27,169 nt of DNA from a bacterium (lineage in GTDB: Bacteria; Zixibacteria; MSB-5A5; GN15; FEB-12): positions 1 through 27,169 of the forward strand of contig JBDRNJ010000001.1 in NCBI GenBank assembly GCA_043811375.1. Reading direction: 5' to 3'. Of the stretch, positions 26,341 to 27,169 are shown piece after piece. The notes under the pieces are model-generated. The model searched no databases. It worked only from the letters and a program-made list of their open reading frames with translations, and was not told where the DNA came from. A program made the translations under genes and the position numbers. The number at the start of each line of letters is the position of its first letter. The first letter of the stretch is position 1.

Positions 26341-26493
26341 TTAGAGATCCAGGTCTGAGTTTGCAGTCATACACACTTCACTTACCCTCTCGACACCGGT
26401 CTTCTCGATGATTTTACAGTACGAGACTGCGGCGCCCGGGGTCGGGGCAACGAATGACTGTGTCCGATCATCATGTGACTCATCTGCCTTCAT
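26341..26493 (-). pseudogene. Degenerate N-terminal relic of a Hanks-type Ser/Thr protein kinase
   Basis: MKADESHDDRTQSFVAPTPGAAVSYCKIIEKTGVERVSEVCMTANSDLDL* aligns by eye with the kinase start pattern G..VSHYRIIEKIGAGGMGEVYLAED..LDR; the Gly loop is eroded and a stop occurs before VALK. Confidence 0.6.
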
Positions 26494-26820
26494 TGGCAGA
26501 AACCCTCTCAAGTACTGGTGGTGTTGCAACCTAATCCATTAACCCATTTAAAGATAGAGTGAAAGTCACGAAAGACAACCAAAACTCAGGAGGCGTTGCA
26601 TCGGGATGCTGGGAGAAGCGCCGTATCTAACCCAGGGGAAATAGCTGTAGTGGGATACAACTGAAATCAAACTGCAGGCCAGTAGGAGAGCAATCTTGGA
26701 CTGAGTAAAGCTACAATCATTACTGGTTAGACGCATTTTTCGGTCATGGTAAACGCTTGGCGCAGAACAAAAATCGTCCAAGTGCTTATAGTGCCGCACG
26801 TTACAATGTTAGAAAATTTA

Positions 26821-26840
26821 TGGCGGAGAGGCAGGGATTC
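26821..26840 (-). other. tRNA-Ser 3'-end fragment, attachment (att) site of an integrative element
   Basis: Minus strand GAATCCCTG-CCTCTCC-G-CCA gives half a T-loop, the T-stem 3' strand, the acceptor 3' strand, G discriminator and CCA. Similarity stops abruptly within the T-loop and no 5' tRNA body is present. Confidence 0.8.
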
Positions 26841-26969
26841 TCCAACCGGGCTTTTTGCAAGTAGTTGCCGATCAACCGATTGCATCATAACTGCTTATAC
26901 CGGATTGATTTAGGTGTTTTTGTCTCATTTTGTCTTGTTCTGTGTAGTTGTGTCTATTTTGGCTATCGG

Positions 26970-26989
26970 TGGGCACAGAATGGGCACAG
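26970..26989 (+). repeat. Tandem 9-bp direct repeat, candidate tyrosine-integrase arm-type sites
   Basis: TGGGCACAG at 26970-26978 and 26981-26989, about 130 bp from the att core. Confidence 0.6.
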
Positions 26990-27029
26990 GCACTTAGTGA
27001 AACCGCTTGGGCAATGTGATTTGACGTAG

Positions 27030-27169
27030 TGTCATCGGTCGGTCAAAACCGGCCAGTGGGGGTCACGTTAAAACCGGCCATTTTGAGAGAGGCGTTGTTT
27101 GCCATATACCTTCGCCAGGAGGTAATACATGGCGAACATACTCAAAGTGGCTGTTATTCAAGCGATTAT
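27030..27169 (+). mobile_element. Left end of an IS21-family insertion sequence (partial)
   Basis: Starts TGTCA; internal repeats AAAACCGGCCA at 27045-27055 and 27070-27080, as in the multi-repeat ends of IS21; followed by an AGGAGGT RBS and an ORF start. Confidence 0.8.
27129..27169 (+). CDS. istA: IS21-family transposase IstA, N-terminus (partial)
   Basis: MANILKVAVIQAI... after a strong RBS inside the IS21-like left end; only 13 codons are visible. Confidence 0.65.
   Translation, partial: MANILKVAVIQAI

Noticed and set aside
26821..26910. Complete tRNA-Ser gene
   Set aside because: Only the last 20 nt match; there is no GTTC half of the T-loop, anticodon arm or 5' acceptor strand.
1..27169. 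Composite transposon carrying the catabolic cluster
   Set aside because: The flanking elements belong to different families (IS3 and IS21) and could not be mobilised together by one transposase.

Overview
Bacterial window (about 55% GC by eye; taxon not determinable, with weak hints of Zixibacteria) running from the right end of an IS3-family element to the left end of an IS21-family element. The core is a + strand cluster (604-13991) for anaerobic aromatic ring degradation by the benzoyl-CoA route. It encodes an atypical thiolase, a 3-hydroxyacyl-CoA dehydrogenase/crotonase fusion, a single 2-hydroxyacyl-CoA dehydratase/class I benzoyl-CoA reductase alpha-type subunit, an ATP-dependent activase split by a frameshift in a G6 run, an ADP-forming acyl-CoA ligase, a Na+/solute symporter, a PanE-family reductase and had-oah-dch. 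Next come a convergent SDR/SCP2-thiolase/DUF35 operon, a mocA-xdhC-yqeB Mo/Se maturation set, and minus-strand genes for a class III cyclase-like orphan, an ICMT-family protein, a PaaI thioesterase, an acyl-CoA dehydrogenase and hisC. hisC lies behind a long, promoter-bearing non-coding stretch. An AT-richer block follows (TIGR04076 protein, SDR, methyltransferase, Ser/Thr kinase relic). A 20-bp tRNA-Ser 3' fragment with adjacent arm-type repeats (26821-26989) marks the likely edge of an integrative element extending to the right. Several REP-like hairpin clusters sit in intergenic spaces. All calls come from motif recognition by eye; no searches were run.
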